Assembly: GCA_044229975.1 (NCBI GenBank) | Contig: JBGARZ010000025.1 | Location: 64,001-128,000 of the forward strand | Direction of reading: 5' to 3' | Source: Polyangiales bacterium | Lineage (GTDB): Bacteria; Myxococcota_A; Polyangia; Polyangiales; Ga0077539 | Length of the DNA: 64,000 bases | In this document: positions 1 through 9,283 of the stretch, one piece after another | Position numbering within the stretch: the stretch's first letter is position 1 | Layout: each line of letters opens with the position of its first letter | The notes under the pieces: model-generated | The model's database searches: none | What the model saw: the letters and a program-made list of their open reading frames with translations, nothing else | What the model was told of the DNA's origin: nothing | Position numbers and translations under genes: made by a program

Positions 1-37
1 TCGACATCATCCCCGCGTAGCATCCCGGTGCTTCCCC

Positions 38-640
38 ATGACCCACCCCATTGAGGCGATCAGCACTGCGGCCGCGGTGTTCACGTCGAGCAACCTGGAC
101 GACATCTTTCTTCTCGTGGCGCTCTTCTCCGACCCGAAGCTGCGCCCGCGACAGGTCGTGCTCGGTCAGTACCTCGGGATCGCCCTGCTCTTCGTCGGAT
201 CCACTGTCTGCGCGCTCGCGGCGCTGGCGGTGCCAGAGGCGTGGCTCGGCCTGCTGGGGATCGGTCCGCTGTGGCTCGGCGTGTCGCGGCTGCGAGCGCT
301 CTGGCGCAACGAGAACGAAGAGACGGCCTCCGCAGAACCGAGCTCGCGCTGGGCACAGCTCCCGGCACTGGCGGTCGCGACGCTCACGGTGGCCAACGGC
401 GGCGACAACCTGGGCATCTACATCCCGGTGTTCGCGACACGTCCGCGACAGCTCCCGATCTTCGCCGTCGTTTTCGCCGCCCTCGTTGGTGTCTGGTGCG
501 CGCTGGCGTACGGGCTCACGCGCCACCCCCGCATTGGCAAGCACATCCAGCGGTACGGTCGCGCGGCGCTCCCGTTCGTGCTCATCGCCCTCGGACTGTG
601 GATTCTGTCGCGCTCCTTGCCGCTGCTGCGCGGTCACTGA
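38..640 (+). CDS. cadD: CadD-family cadmium resistance transporter
   Basis: Hydrophobic 200 aa with the family motifs SNLDD(IFLL) and NGGDNLGIYIP. Confidence 0.85.
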   Translation: MTHPIEAISTAAAVFTSSNLDDIFLLVALFSDPKLRPRQVVLGQYLGIALLFVGSTVCALAALAVPEAWLGLLGIGPLWLGVSRLRALWRNENEETASAEPSSRWAQLPALAVATLTVANGGDNLGIYIPVFATRPRQLPIFAVVFAALVGVWCALAYGLTRHPRIGKHIQRYGRAALPFVLIALGLWILSRSLPLLRGH

Positions 641-762
641 ACGCATTCCTCAAGGCGGCGCTCGCAGTCGCTCGACGCGCGGCCTGGGGGTGTCTTCACC
701 GGCGAAGTGAGAGCCCCCAGCCGAGGTTGTTCGTGCGACTGGCCGCGTGATACGTCAGCCAC

Positions 763-948
763 ATGACCCAATGGCTTGGATATCTCGGCGCCGTCGCACT
801 GGTCTGTGCGGGCGTCGGCTTCAACGCTCCGACGGCCCCGGCCGAACCGGTGGTCGTTCCTGTCGTCGCCGTCGCTGTGCCGGAGCCTGTGGCCCCGCCC
901 GCGGCGCCGCCCGCAGCGAATCCGCAGGCTCCGCCCAGCGGCGGTTGA
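763..948 (+). CDS. Small hypothetical protein with signal-like N-terminus and Pro/Ala-rich tail
   Basis: 61-aa ORF with hydrophobic N-terminus; no recognisable domain. Confidence 0.3.
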   Translation: MTQWLGYLGAVALVCAGVGFNAPTAPAEPVVVPVVAVAVPEPVAPPAAPPAANPQAPPSGG

Positions 949-1275
949 GGTCACTGACGGGCTCCGGTCGGAGCCCACCAACCTAGCGAAGGCCGATGGC
1001 GGACAGCATGGTCCGCGCGGACTCGCTCCCCGTGTCGAGCGGCAGCGCTCGGCGGACGGTGTCGTCCGCCTTGTGGATGTCCTTCCCGCGGAGCGCCGTC
1101 TACGACGTTGCGACGCGCGAGGTCGGCGTCTGATCGACCCGGCGGGAGGAGCAGAACAAGAAGTCCTGCTGGGTGTGGAAGGGAGTCGTGTGCGTCTCCG
1201 AGACGCAGCGCACCCGCATGAACCCGCGATGCCGTTCCGACGGGCAACGCAGTTCCGTGTTCGGGTCGTTGGCCT

Positions 1276-2418
1276 CTATCGCGAAGAGGCAAGCCGCCAC
1301 GACCGCGCGAGGGCGTCTGCCGCGCGGGCGACGTCGTCGCCGGTCGTGCGACGCCCCAAGGTGAGGCGCACCGAGCCGAGCGCTTCGGCGGGTGACACCC
1401 CCATCGCGAGGATCACCGCGGACGCGAGGGCACCGCCCTCGTGGCAGGCGGAGCCCGTGGACGCGGCCACTTCGGGCGCCCCGGCGAGCACGGCGTCTCC
1501 CTGAGCCTTCGGGAAGCGGACGTTGAGGGTGTTGGGCAGACGCTGCTCGCGGTGGCCGTTGAGCGCGACGCCGGGGACGGCGGCCACGAGATGGCTCCAG
1601 AGCTCGTCGCGGAGCGCGCGGACGCGACGTGCCTCGCGGTCGAGGTCCTCCGCGACGTGCGCGCACGCGGCGCCGAGGCCGACGATCGAGGCGACGTTCT
1701 CGGTGCCGGGACGAAGGCCGCGCTCGTGTCCTGCGCCGAGCCCGAACGGCGCCAGCGGCGTGCCGCGCCTCACGTAGAGCGCACCGACTCCCTTCGGCGC
1801 GTAGAGCTTGTGGCCCGCGAGGGAGAGGAGATCGACGCCCAGCTCGCGCACCTTCACCGGAACCTTCCCGATCGACTGCGCCGCGTCGGTGTGGGTGACG
1901 GCGCCCGCCGCGCGGGCCAGCTCCACCAGCTCGGCGACGGGCTGCAAGACGCCGGTCTCGTTGTTCGAGTGCATGACGGTGACGAGGGCGGTGCGGTCAT
2001 TGATCGCCGCGCGGGTCTCGTCCACGCGGGCCCGACCGCCGTCGTCTACGCCGACGCGAGTGACGGCCCAGCCGTGACGCGCGAGCCAGGCGCAGGGACG
2101 CTCGGTCGCCGGGTGCTCGATCGCCGTCGTGACGATGTGGCGGCGTTCTTCCCGGGCCTCCGCGACGCCGCGGATGGCGAGGTTGTTCGCCTCCGTGCCG
2201 CCCGAGGTGAACACGACCTCGTCGTCGTCGCATCCCAGGAGGTCCGCCACCTGATGCCGGGCTCGATCGACCCCGTCGCGCGCGCGCACGCCGTAGGGGT
2301 GGGCGCTCGACGGGTTGCCGAAGTGCTCGCGCAGGTACGGCAGCATCGCTTCGACGACCTCCAGCAGGATCGGCGTTGTGGCGTTGTAATCGAGGTAGAT
2401 GGGGCAGTCGTTGTTCAT
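1276..2418 (-). CDS. Cysteine desulfurase (IscS/NifS-like, PLP-dependent)
   Basis: IYLDYNATTP, FTSGGTEANN, HTDAAQ, AGHKLYAPKG, STGSAC; start placed at MNNDCP (2418). Confidence 0.93.
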   Translation of the reverse strand: MNNDCPIYLDYNATTPILLEVVEAMLPYLREHFGNPSSAHPYGVRARDGVDRARHQVADLLGCDDDEVVFTSGGTEANNLAIRGVAEAREERRHIVTTAIEHPATERPCAWLARHGWAVTRVGVDDGGRARVDETRAAINDRTALVTVMHSNNETGVLQPVAELVELARAAGAVTHTDAAQSIGKVPVKVRELGVDLLSLAGHKLYAPKGVGALYVRRGTPLAPFGLGAGHERGLRPGTENVASIVGLGAACAHVAEDLDREARRVRALRDELWSHLVAAVPGVALNGHREQRLPNTLNVRFPKAQGDAVLAGAPEVAASTGSACHEGGALASAVILAMGVSPAEALGSVRLTLGRRTTGDDVARAADALARSWRLASSR

Positions 2419-2741
2419 GTTCGCTCCGCGCGGGACAAGCACCGCGCGTGATGCCAGCCCGTAGCGCGCGCCGCCGCCACGAGCGCGAGACCGACGCCCG
2501 TGTTCCCCGCGGTCGCTTCGATCAGGGTCATGCCGGCTCGGAGCACCCCGCGCGCCTCCGCGTCCTCGACGACGGACAGGGCGATGCGGTCCTTGATGGA
2601 GCCGCCAGGGTTCAGGTGCTCGCACTTCACCAGCACCGGGACTGGGAGGCCGCGCGCGATTCGCGCCAGGGGCACGAAGGGGGTGCGGCCGATGTGCTGC
2701 AACACGTCCGTTCGCTCCTTCGTCACGGCCTCCTCTGTCAC
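2415..2741 (-). pseudogene. Truncated cysteine synthase/cystathionine beta-synthase (N-terminal third only)
   Basis: IGRTP, VKCEHLNPGGSIKDRIA, IEATAGNTGVGLA; homology stops at AAAR, and the desulfurase start follows about 45 nt later. Confidence 0.85.
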
Positions 2742-2769
2742 TCTGCCGATGATCTATGCGGCGCGACGA

Positions 2770-4053
2770 TCATCCCGGCGCGGGTCCGTCGGCACCGGCC
2801 ACCGACAGGGCGCCCGGCGCGCCGCTGGGCCGCAACGTCTCGCGCATCCTCACGACTACGACGACACCGGAGGCGAAGGTGAGCGCCGCGACGAGCCACA
2901 TCGCCGCGGGCAGGCCGAACGCGTCCGCCGTCACGCCCGCGAGCAGTGCACCGATCGCGTAGCCGAGGTCGCGCCAGAGCCGATACACGCCGACCGACGA
3001 CGCGCGCCACGAGGGGTGGGCCACGTCGCCGATCGCGGCCAGCAGCGTCGGGTAGACCATCGCGGTCCCGACGCCGAGCAGCGCGGCGCCCGCCACGAAG
3101 CCCCCGAAGCTGCGCGCGAGCACCACCGCGCCGATCCCGACGGCCTGCACCCACATGCCCGCGGCGATGAGCCACTTCCGGCCGACGCGGTCAGACCACG
3201 CGCCCGTGAAGAGCTGGGCGACGCCCCAGGTCGCCGGGTAGACCGCGGCGAGGGTGCCGACCTGGCGGAGGTCCATCCGGGCAGCGGTGAAGAACAGCGG
3301 GAAGAGGCCCCACGCCATGCCGTCGTTGAGGTTGTTGACGAGGCCCGCCTGGCTGACGCTGGAGAGGTCCCGGTCGGTGAGGGTCGTGCGCCAGAAGACC
3401 TCGCGCGGGGTGAGAGCCCCGCCGGGGTCGAGCGCGCCGTGGAGCTTCGTCTCCGCCGCGACGTGGTGCCTCGTCTCCCGAACGACGAAGGCCGAGAGCA
3501 ACAGCCCGACCGCGACGAAGACGACCCCCAGGTAGAAGGGCTCGGGGCGCAGGCCGTAGCGCGCGGCGAGGAGGCCCGTGGCGAGGGCGCTGGCCGCCAC
3601 CGCGAAGTAGCCCGCGAACTCGTTGAACCCCATCGCGAGGCCGCGCTTCTGCGGGCCGGCGAGGTCGATCTTCATGATGACGGTGGTGGACCACGTCAGG
3701 CCCTGGCTCACGCCGAGGAGGGCGTTGGCGAAGAGCACCCACGACCAGCTCGGTGCCCACATCAGCAGGAAGGGCACCGGGGCTGCGACGAGCCAGCCCC
3801 CCACCAGGACGTGCTTGCGCCCGACGCGGTCGGACAGGCGCCCGGCGAGGTAGTTGGTGAGCGCCTTGGTCACGCCGAACACGACGATGAACGACAGCAC
3901 CGCCGAGCGCGCCGCGAGGTGGAACTCCCGCTCCGCGATCGGCGGCAGGATCGTGCGCTCCATGCCGACCATCGCGCCCACGAAGGCGTTGACCACCACC
4001 AGGAGCGAGAACTGGCCGAGGTTCTCCCGCAGGCCGAGACGCGGCTCGATCAC
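2770..4053 (-). CDS. MFS transporter
   Basis: About 12 TM segments; motif A twice (GRLSDRVGRK, GAWSDRVGRK). Confidence 0.9.
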   Translation of the reverse strand: MIEPRLGLRENLGQFSLLVVVNAFVGAMVGMERTILPPIAEREFHLAARSAVLSFIVVFGVTKALTNYLAGRLSDRVGRKHVLVGGWLVAAPVPFLLMWAPSWSWVLFANALLGVSQGLTWSTTVIMKIDLAGPQKRGLAMGFNEFAGYFAVAASALATGLLAARYGLRPEPFYLGVVFVAVGLLLSAFVVRETRHHVAAETKLHGALDPGGALTPREVFWRTTLTDRDLSSVSQAGLVNNLNDGMAWGLFPLFFTAARMDLRQVGTLAAVYPATWGVAQLFTGAWSDRVGRKWLIAAGMWVQAVGIGAVVLARSFGGFVAGAALLGVGTAMVYPTLLAAIGDVAHPSWRASSVGVYRLWRDLGYAIGALLAGVTADAFGLPAAMWLVAALTFASGVVVVVRMRETLRPSGAPGALSVAGADGPAPG

Positions 4054-4790
4054 GGGCCCGCCGCTGCGCGGCCGCGGTTCACGAGGAGCATCGCCTCCAT
4101 GTCGGCGGGCTTCGGGGGGACGTCGGCGAGCGCGGCGACGAAGTCTTCCTTCGAGCGGGTGAGCAGTGGGTTCCAGCGGCGCTCGAAGGCGAGTGTGCTG
4201 GACGGCTTGCCGCTCATCCCGGCCCCGCAGGGCGATCCCGCGAAGTGACCCGGATAGACCTCCAGATCGGGCGGGAGGGTGAGGATCTTGGCGTGGAGGC
4301 TGTCATACAACTCGCTGGCGCTCTCTCTCGCGCGTCCGGGAAGGTCGGGGCGGCCCACGGCGCCGACGAAGAGCGTGTCGCCCGTGAGGACGAACCACGG
4401 GTCGGGTCCCCGTCGCAGGTCGCTCACGACAAGACAGACGCTCTCGGGGGTGTGCCCTGGGGTGTGGAGCACCGTCAGCCGCACGTTGCCGAGCGCGACC
4501 TCCTGACCGTCGTGGAGCGGTTCGAAGGGCAGCGCGACGTCGGCAGACTCGTGCAGGCAGTAGAGCGCGCCGACCGCGCGGGCGAGCGCGGGGCCACCCG
4601 AGCGGTGGTCGGCGTGGACGTGGGTGTCGATGACGTGGGTGATGCGCATCCCCTTGGACGCGGCGAACGCCACGTAAGAGTCCACCTCGGGCTCGCGCGC
4701 ATCGACGACGGCGCACAACCCGAGGCCTCCGCAGCCGAGGAGGTACGCCGCGCAGCCGGTCTCGAAGGCGTAGAACGGCTTGAAGATCAC
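4050..4790 (-). CDS. MBL-fold hydrolase, persulfide dioxygenase-like
   Basis: DTHVHADHRSG, HTPGHTPES, TGDTLFVG, YPGH. Confidence 0.88.
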   Translation of the reverse strand: MIFKPFYAFETGCAAYLLGCGGLGLCAVVDAREPEVDSYVAFAASKGMRITHVIDTHVHADHRSGGPALARAVGALYCLHESADVALPFEPLHDGQEVALGNVRLTVLHTPGHTPESVCLVVSDLRRGPDPWFVLTGDTLFVGAVGRPDLPGRARESASELYDSLHAKILTLPPDLEVYPGHFAGSPCGAGMSGKPSSTLAFERRWNPLLTRSKEDFVAALADVPPKPADMEAMLLVNRGRAAAGP

Positions 4791-5473
4791 GCGCGCTTCC
4801 CTTCACGGACGACCGCGACGCGCCAGCCCCGCGCGCGCCAGTCGGGGACGCCGAGTTCCATGCGTTGGGCGTTGAAGCCCTTCTTGCGGAGCAGCTCGAC
4901 CGCCTCGACGGCCATCACGCAGTACGGGCCGCGGCAGTAGGCGACGACCTCCCGATCGCCTGGCAGCTCCTTGAGGCGGGCCTTGAGTTCGTCGACGGGG
5001 ATCGAGACCGCGCCCGGGATGTGGCCGGCCCGGAACTCCTCGGCGGGCCGAACGTCGAGGATCGTGACCTCGCCACGACGGACGCGGCGGAGGAGCTCGT
5101 CGCCCCCGACCGCCTCAGCAGCCCCCCTCCCCGCGAAGTAGTCGCGGGTCGCCTTCTGCACCTCGGCGAGCCGCGACTCGGCGAGGCCGCGCAGCGAGAC
5201 GACGAAGTTGCCCACCGCGTCGTCGGCGAGGCGGTACTCGACGTAGTGGCCCTTCTTGCGGGTCTCGACGAGCCGGGCCGCCCGCAGCACCTGGAGGTGC
5301 TGAGAGGCGTTGGCCACCGAGAGCGCCGCCTGCTCGGCGAGCGCTTCGACGGTGCGCGGGCCCTGGCCGAGGAGGTCGAGCAGCTCGACCCGCTTGGGCG
5401 CCGCGACAGCCTTCCCGATCCGGGCGAACTGCTCGTAGAGGCCGTCCTTGAAGAGCCGGTGCGGGGTCGTCAT
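4787..5473 (-). CDS. ArsR/SmtB regulator fused to a rhodanese domain
   Basis: wHTH (SVANASQHLQVL) plus LDVRP..EF..GHIPGA and the active-site loop YCRGPYC. Confidence 0.92.
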   Translation of the reverse strand: MTTPHRLFKDGLYEQFARIGKAVAAPKRVELLDLLGQGPRTVEALAEQAALSVANASQHLQVLRAARLVETRKKGHYVEYRLADDAVGNFVVSLRGLAESRLAEVQKATRDYFAGRGAAEAVGGDELLRRVRRGEVTILDVRPAEEFRAGHIPGAVSIPVDELKARLKELPGDREVVAYCRGPYCVMAVEAVELLRKKGFNAQRMELGVPDWRARGWRVAVVREGKRA

Positions 5474-5482
5474 CGGTCGTCA

Positions 5483-5504
5483 TATTCAAGTGTTCGCTTG
5501 AATA
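5483..5504. promoter_or_regulatory. Palindromic operator, probably bound by the ArsR-rhodanese repressor
   Basis: TATTCAAG-N6-CTTGAATA, AT-rich perfect 8-bp inverted repeat about 10 bp upstream of the start. Confidence 0.7.
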
Positions 5505-5641
5505 GTCAAACGTTGGGAGTGGACCATCGCGGCGCTCACAGCTCGTGGGACAGTGCCAGCGGTCGCTCAACGGCCTCACTGGTGTCTCCAGCGACGGTGA
5601 GTCTGGGGGAGCTCGAAGCGGACTGTTGACCAGCGCCTTTG

Positions 5642-5674
5642 GTTAGTGTGTGCTTACGGTTAGTCATGGCTAAC
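5642..5674. promoter_or_regulatory. Tandem imperfect palindromes (likely autoregulatory operator) overlapping the arsR start
   Basis: GTTAG-N6-CTTAC followed by GTTAG-TCATGG-CTAAC. Confidence 0.5.
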
Positions 5675-5983
5675 GGAGAGCAGGTCCTCGATGCGCTCGG
5701 CAATGGAACCCGGCGGGCCGTGCTCAGACGGTTGCAGCACGGGGCCCGCTCGGTGGGGGAGATCGCCGAGGGTCTGAACGTGACGCGCCCAGCGGTCTCG
5801 CAGCACCTCCGTGTGCTCAAGGCGGCGGGCCTCGTGACGGACCGGGCGGAGGGGACGCGGCGCCTCTACTCGGTCGATCGGCAGGGGCTCGAAGCCGTGC
5901 GCAAGTGGATCGACGGGCTGTGGGACGAGGCGTTGGTGGCGTTCGCAGAGGCCGCCGAGCGCGAGGCAGACAAGGAGAACTGA
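5666..5983 (+). CDS. ArsR-family HTH regulator
   Basis: ALGNGTRRAVL...VTRPAVSQHLRVLKAAGLV...GTRRLY. Confidence 0.9.
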   Translation: MANGEQVLDALGNGTRRAVLRRLQHGARSVGEIAEGLNVTRPAVSQHLRVLKAAGLVTDRAEGTRRLYSVDRQGLEAVRKWIDGLWDEALVAFAEAAEREADKEN

Positions 5984-5988
5984 GGACG

Positions 5989-6492
5989 ATGACCGGACAA
6001 GCGAAGACGTTGGAGTCGGACCCGAACAGCGTGCGGAAGGTGATCCAGGTCCGGGCGCCGCTCTCGGTCGCCTGGCGGGTCTTCACCGAGCGCCTCGGGA
6101 CGTGGTGGCCGCTGGCGCACTACAAGATCGGCAAGACGCGGGCGATCGACGCGGTGCTCGAACCGCGCGTCGGGGGCCGCTGGTACGAGCGCGGCGAGGA
6201 CGGGAGCACCTGCGAGTGGGGCACGGTGCTCGCGTGGGAGCCGCCCGCGCGCCTCGTGCTCTCCTGGGACATCACCGCGGACTGGCAGTACGACCCGGAG
6301 CTCAAGACCGAGATCGAGGTGCGCTTCGTCGCCGAGGGCGATCGGAGCACCCGCGTCGAACTGGAGCACCGGCGCCTCGACCGCTTCGGCGCGCGCCGCG
6401 AGGAGATGCGGCGCGTCTTCGACAAGGAAGGCGATTGGGGACGTCTCCTGGAGGGCTTCGCGGCCGCGGCCGAGGGCGGAGGCGACGCGTGA
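5989..6492 (+). CDS. SRPBCC/AHSA1 (START-like) domain protein
   Basis: AWRVFTE..TWW, LEPRVGGRW, WEPPARLVLSW, TRVELEH; typical partner of ArsR. Confidence 0.88.
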   Translation: MTGQAKTLESDPNSVRKVIQVRAPLSVAWRVFTERLGTWWPLAHYKIGKTRAIDAVLEPRVGGRWYERGEDGSTCEWGTVLAWEPPARLVLSWDITADWQYDPELKTEIEVRFVAEGDRSTRVELEHRRLDRFGARREEMRRVFDKEGDWGRLLEGFAAAAEGGGDA

Positions 6493-6794
6493 GCGACATC
6501 CGAAACGCCCTCAAGACGCTGATCGCTCGCGTCGTGGAAGGCGACGGCCGCGCCTCGCACGCCCAGCGGCGTGGCGCGTTCGATCGCACGCTCGCCGCCG
6601 AACCGTTGCGAACGCTCGTCGGCAAGGTGGCCGAGCACGCCGACCGGGTGACCGACGAGGACATCGCGGCAGCGAAGGCGGCCGGACACACGGAGGACCA
6701 GATCTTCGAGGTCGTCGTGTGCGCGGCCATCGGGCAGGCGTCCCGCGAGCACGAAGCCGCGCTCAAGGCGCTCGCGGCCGCTGGAGGATCGTGA
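6489..6794 (+). CDS. Small AhpD/CMD-like helical protein
   Basis: GTGA overlap with the upstream stop; RVTDEDIAAAKAAGHTEDQIFE motif. Confidence 0.7.
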   Translation: MSDIRNALKTLIARVVEGDGRASHAQRRGAFDRTLAAEPLRTLVGKVAEHADRVTDEDIAAAKAAGHTEDQIFEVVVCAAIGQASREHEAALKALAAAGGS

Positions 6795-6796
6795 CG

Positions 6797-7378
6797 ATGC
6801 GACTCTCGATCCTCGACGCGGGGCACGGCTCCGGCACGAAGGCCCTCTTCGCGATGATCCGCACGTTCTCTCGCCAGCCCGTGCTCGACGTCATCAAGCT
6901 GGTGAAGTACCGGGCCGAATTCTACGGCGATCCCGCGAGCGCCGTGACCCACGAAGCGATGCGCGGACCCTCCGCGTGGACGGTCGGCGACCGCGAGCTC
7001 ATGGCGGCGGTGGTCGCTCAGGCGAACGAGTGCGAGTGGTGTACGAAGGCCCACTCCGCCGTCGCGGAGGGCGCCTATCGCGACCGCACGAAGGTCACCG
7101 CGGTGCTCTCTGACCTCGACTCGGCCCCCGTCGGAGAGCCGCTCCGGGCGACGCTGCGCATGCTGCGCAAGCTGACGAAGGAGCACTCGGTCGATGCGGA
7201 CGACATGCGTGCGGTCCTGGCTGCGGGCGCAACTCGCGAACAGATCGAGGAAGCGCTCGCGGTCTCCTTCGCGTTCGGCACCACCACCCGCCTGGCCAAC
7301 GCATTCAGGTTCGACGTGCCCGGTCCCGACGCCTTCGCGGCCGGGGCGAAGTACCTGCTGGCACGCGGCTATCGCTGA
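6797..7378 (+). CDS. AhpD-like alkylhydroperoxidase (carboxymuconolactone decarboxylase family)
   Basis: RELMAAVVAQANECEWCTKAH (ExxxxxxxxxNxCxxCxxxH). Confidence 0.85.
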   Translation: MRLSILDAGHGSGTKALFAMIRTFSRQPVLDVIKLVKYRAEFYGDPASAVTHEAMRGPSAWTVGDRELMAAVVAQANECEWCTKAHSAVAEGAYRDRTKVTAVLSDLDSAPVGEPLRATLRMLRKLTKEHSVDADDMRAVLAAGATREQIEEALAVSFAFGTTTRLANAFRFDVPGPDAFAAGAKYLLARGYR

Positions 7379-7444
7379 GGCGCGGCCAGGTTGGTGGGCT
7401 ACAATTCTCGCGCCGGTGCTCGGCGTTGCTGGCAAGGTGAAGGC

Positions 7445-7735
7445 ATGCCGCGACGTGGCAGTTTCATCCGGCTTATCGGCTGCGCGGCGTTGCTAGGGGC
7501 CTGTGCCCAGACGACCACAGGAGAGCCGTCGAGGTCGGCCGACGCGGCTTCGACGATCGACGGGGGCACACCGCCGGACGCCACGGTCTACTGTTGGATC
7601 TCGGGCCCTCATTCCGTGCCCGCGGACGCCGGCGGCTGGTGGATCTGTGCGCCGTCCGATCGCTGTTGTCGGCACAACCAGGGCGGCTGGAATTGCCGTC
7701 CGCCGAGCTCGCCGGACTGCCTCTACGGGAGGTGA
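7445..7735 (+). CDS. Small Cys-rich lipoprotein
   Basis: Lipobox LGAC; 6-Cys C-terminal domain. Confidence 0.55.
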   Translation: MPRRGSFIRLIGCAALLGACAQTTTGEPSRSADAASTIDGGTPPDATVYCWISGPHSVPADAGGWWICAPSDRCCRHNQGGWNCRPPSSPDCLYGR

Positions 7736-7826
7736 TCCACAGAGGATCACGCTCACGGCGACGGCCGCGCGCGTCAGACCACGAGAGCGTGCCCATGTGA
7801 GCAGGCTCCGTGGGCTCGCCGACGGG

Positions 7827-8969
7827 TCACCTCACGACATGGACGGTCCATCCCAGAGCCGCACCACCGAGCACCAGCCACGTCGAGTTGACCTTCCATC
7901 GCACGAGCAGCACCGCGCTTGTGACCGCCAGGAGTACGGTCGGTACGTCCACGAGCGCCGCCCGACCGAGCTGCGCCGTCACGACGGCCATGAGTGCGAG
8001 CGACGCGACGTTGACGCCATCGAGGAAGGCAGCGGCGTTTGCAGAGTTGCGCAGCCGCGGAATCAACGGGCCGCTGAGTGCCACGAAGACGAAGGCTGGC
8101 AGGAAGATGCCCGCGGTCGCGACGAGCGCACCACCCGGCCCCGCGAGCAGGTAGCCGATGAAGGTCGCCGTCGTGAACACCGGCCCGGGCGTGACCTGGC
8201 CGACGGCGATGGCGTCGAGGAGCTGCGCCTCGGTCAACCAGTGCAGGCGCTCGACGAGGTCGGCCCGTAGAAACGCCAGGAGCACGTAGCCGCTCCCGAA
8301 GAGGACGGATCCGGTCTTGAGGAACACCCAGAAGATCGACGGGAGGCTCACCGCGCTCGCCGCGCCGCTCACTGCGACAGGGAGCGTGGGGAGGAGGGGA
8401 TACATCGCGGATCCGGTCACGCCCTCGGTGGGGCGCGTTCGAGCGGCCAGCAGGCTCACCGCCCCCGCGCCGAACAGGATCGCCAGCTCGTGCCCGCCAA
8501 ACGCGGCGAGGACTACCGCAACGACGCCAAGCACCCGCAGCTTGAGCGTGCGCGCAGCCTTCGGGGCGAGGCCCCACAGGGCCTGCACCACCACGGCGAG
8601 GATCACCGGCTTGACCCCGTAGAGCAGCCAGCGCGCGGAGGGCACCGTGCCGTAGCGGGCGTAGACCCAACCGAGCGCGGCCGTGATGAGCGTCGCCGGG
8701 AGGATGAACGCGGCCCCGGCGATCGCGAGCCCCGCCCAGCGACGGCGCTCCCACCCGATGTGGATGGCCATCTCCGTGGAGTTCGGCCCCGGAATGAGGT
8801 TGGTCGCGCCGAGGAGGTCGAGGAAGCGCTCCTCGGAGAGCCACCCGCGTCGGCGCACGACCTCGTCCTGCATCATCGCGACGTGGGCGGCGGGACCGCC
8901 GAAGGCCGTCGCCCCGAGTCGCAGGAACAACAGCCCGAGCTCGCGCAGGGAGGTGCGCTCGTCGCTCAT
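7827..8969 (-). CDS. chrA: Chromate efflux transporter ChrA
   Basis: AFGGP, TNLIPGPNSTE, FGSGYV, GQVTPGPVFT; two-repeat CHR architecture. Confidence 0.93.
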   Translation of the reverse strand: MSDERTSLRELGLLFLRLGATAFGGPAAHVAMMQDEVVRRRGWLSEERFLDLLGATNLIPGPNSTEMAIHIGWERRRWAGLAIAGAAFILPATLITAALGWVYARYGTVPSARWLLYGVKPVILAVVVQALWGLAPKAARTLKLRVLGVVAVVLAAFGGHELAILFGAGAVSLLAARTRPTEGVTGSAMYPLLPTLPVAVSGAASAVSLPSIFWVFLKTGSVLFGSGYVLLAFLRADLVERLHWLTEAQLLDAIAVGQVTPGPVFTTATFIGYLLAGPGGALVATAGIFLPAFVFVALSGPLIPRLRNSANAAAFLDGVNVASLALMAVVTAQLGRAALVDVPTVLLAVTSAVLLVRWKVNSTWLVLGGAALGWTVHVVR

Positions 8970-9283
8970 CGCGGAGGTCGGCGGCCGTCACTCCGCCGCC
9001 TGAGTGCCGCGTCGAGCGACCACGGCCCGCCGCCGACGAGGAACAGCGCGCTCAGGAGCATCGCGAGGTCCGTGCGCCCTTCGTGCAACAGACCCCAGAC
9101 GCCGTGCCTGCCGGGCGCGGGGATGCCAACGAGTGCGAAGCGGCCAGCCCCCAGCGCCCCGGGGAAGAGGAACTTCTGGACTCCCTCCGAGAGGAAGACG
9201 ACCCCCACCGCAGCGCGGATCAGGACCACCGCGCGCGGTGCGCTCACGTCGAAGAGGCGGGCGGCGAGCGGGGACATGGTCAC
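8966..9283 (-). pseudogene. DoxX-family membrane protein with apparent internal in-frame deletion
   Basis: FLSEGVQKF..GRF..VGIPAP joined directly to HEGRTD..GGGPWSLD; the two central TM helices expected for DoxX are missing. Confidence 0.65.

Noticed and set aside
984..1220. Minus-strand frame MRVRC...TS*TALRGKDIHKADDTVRRAL with internal TAG
   Set aside because: Possibly a TPR-like gene remnant, but too short and unrecognisable to call.
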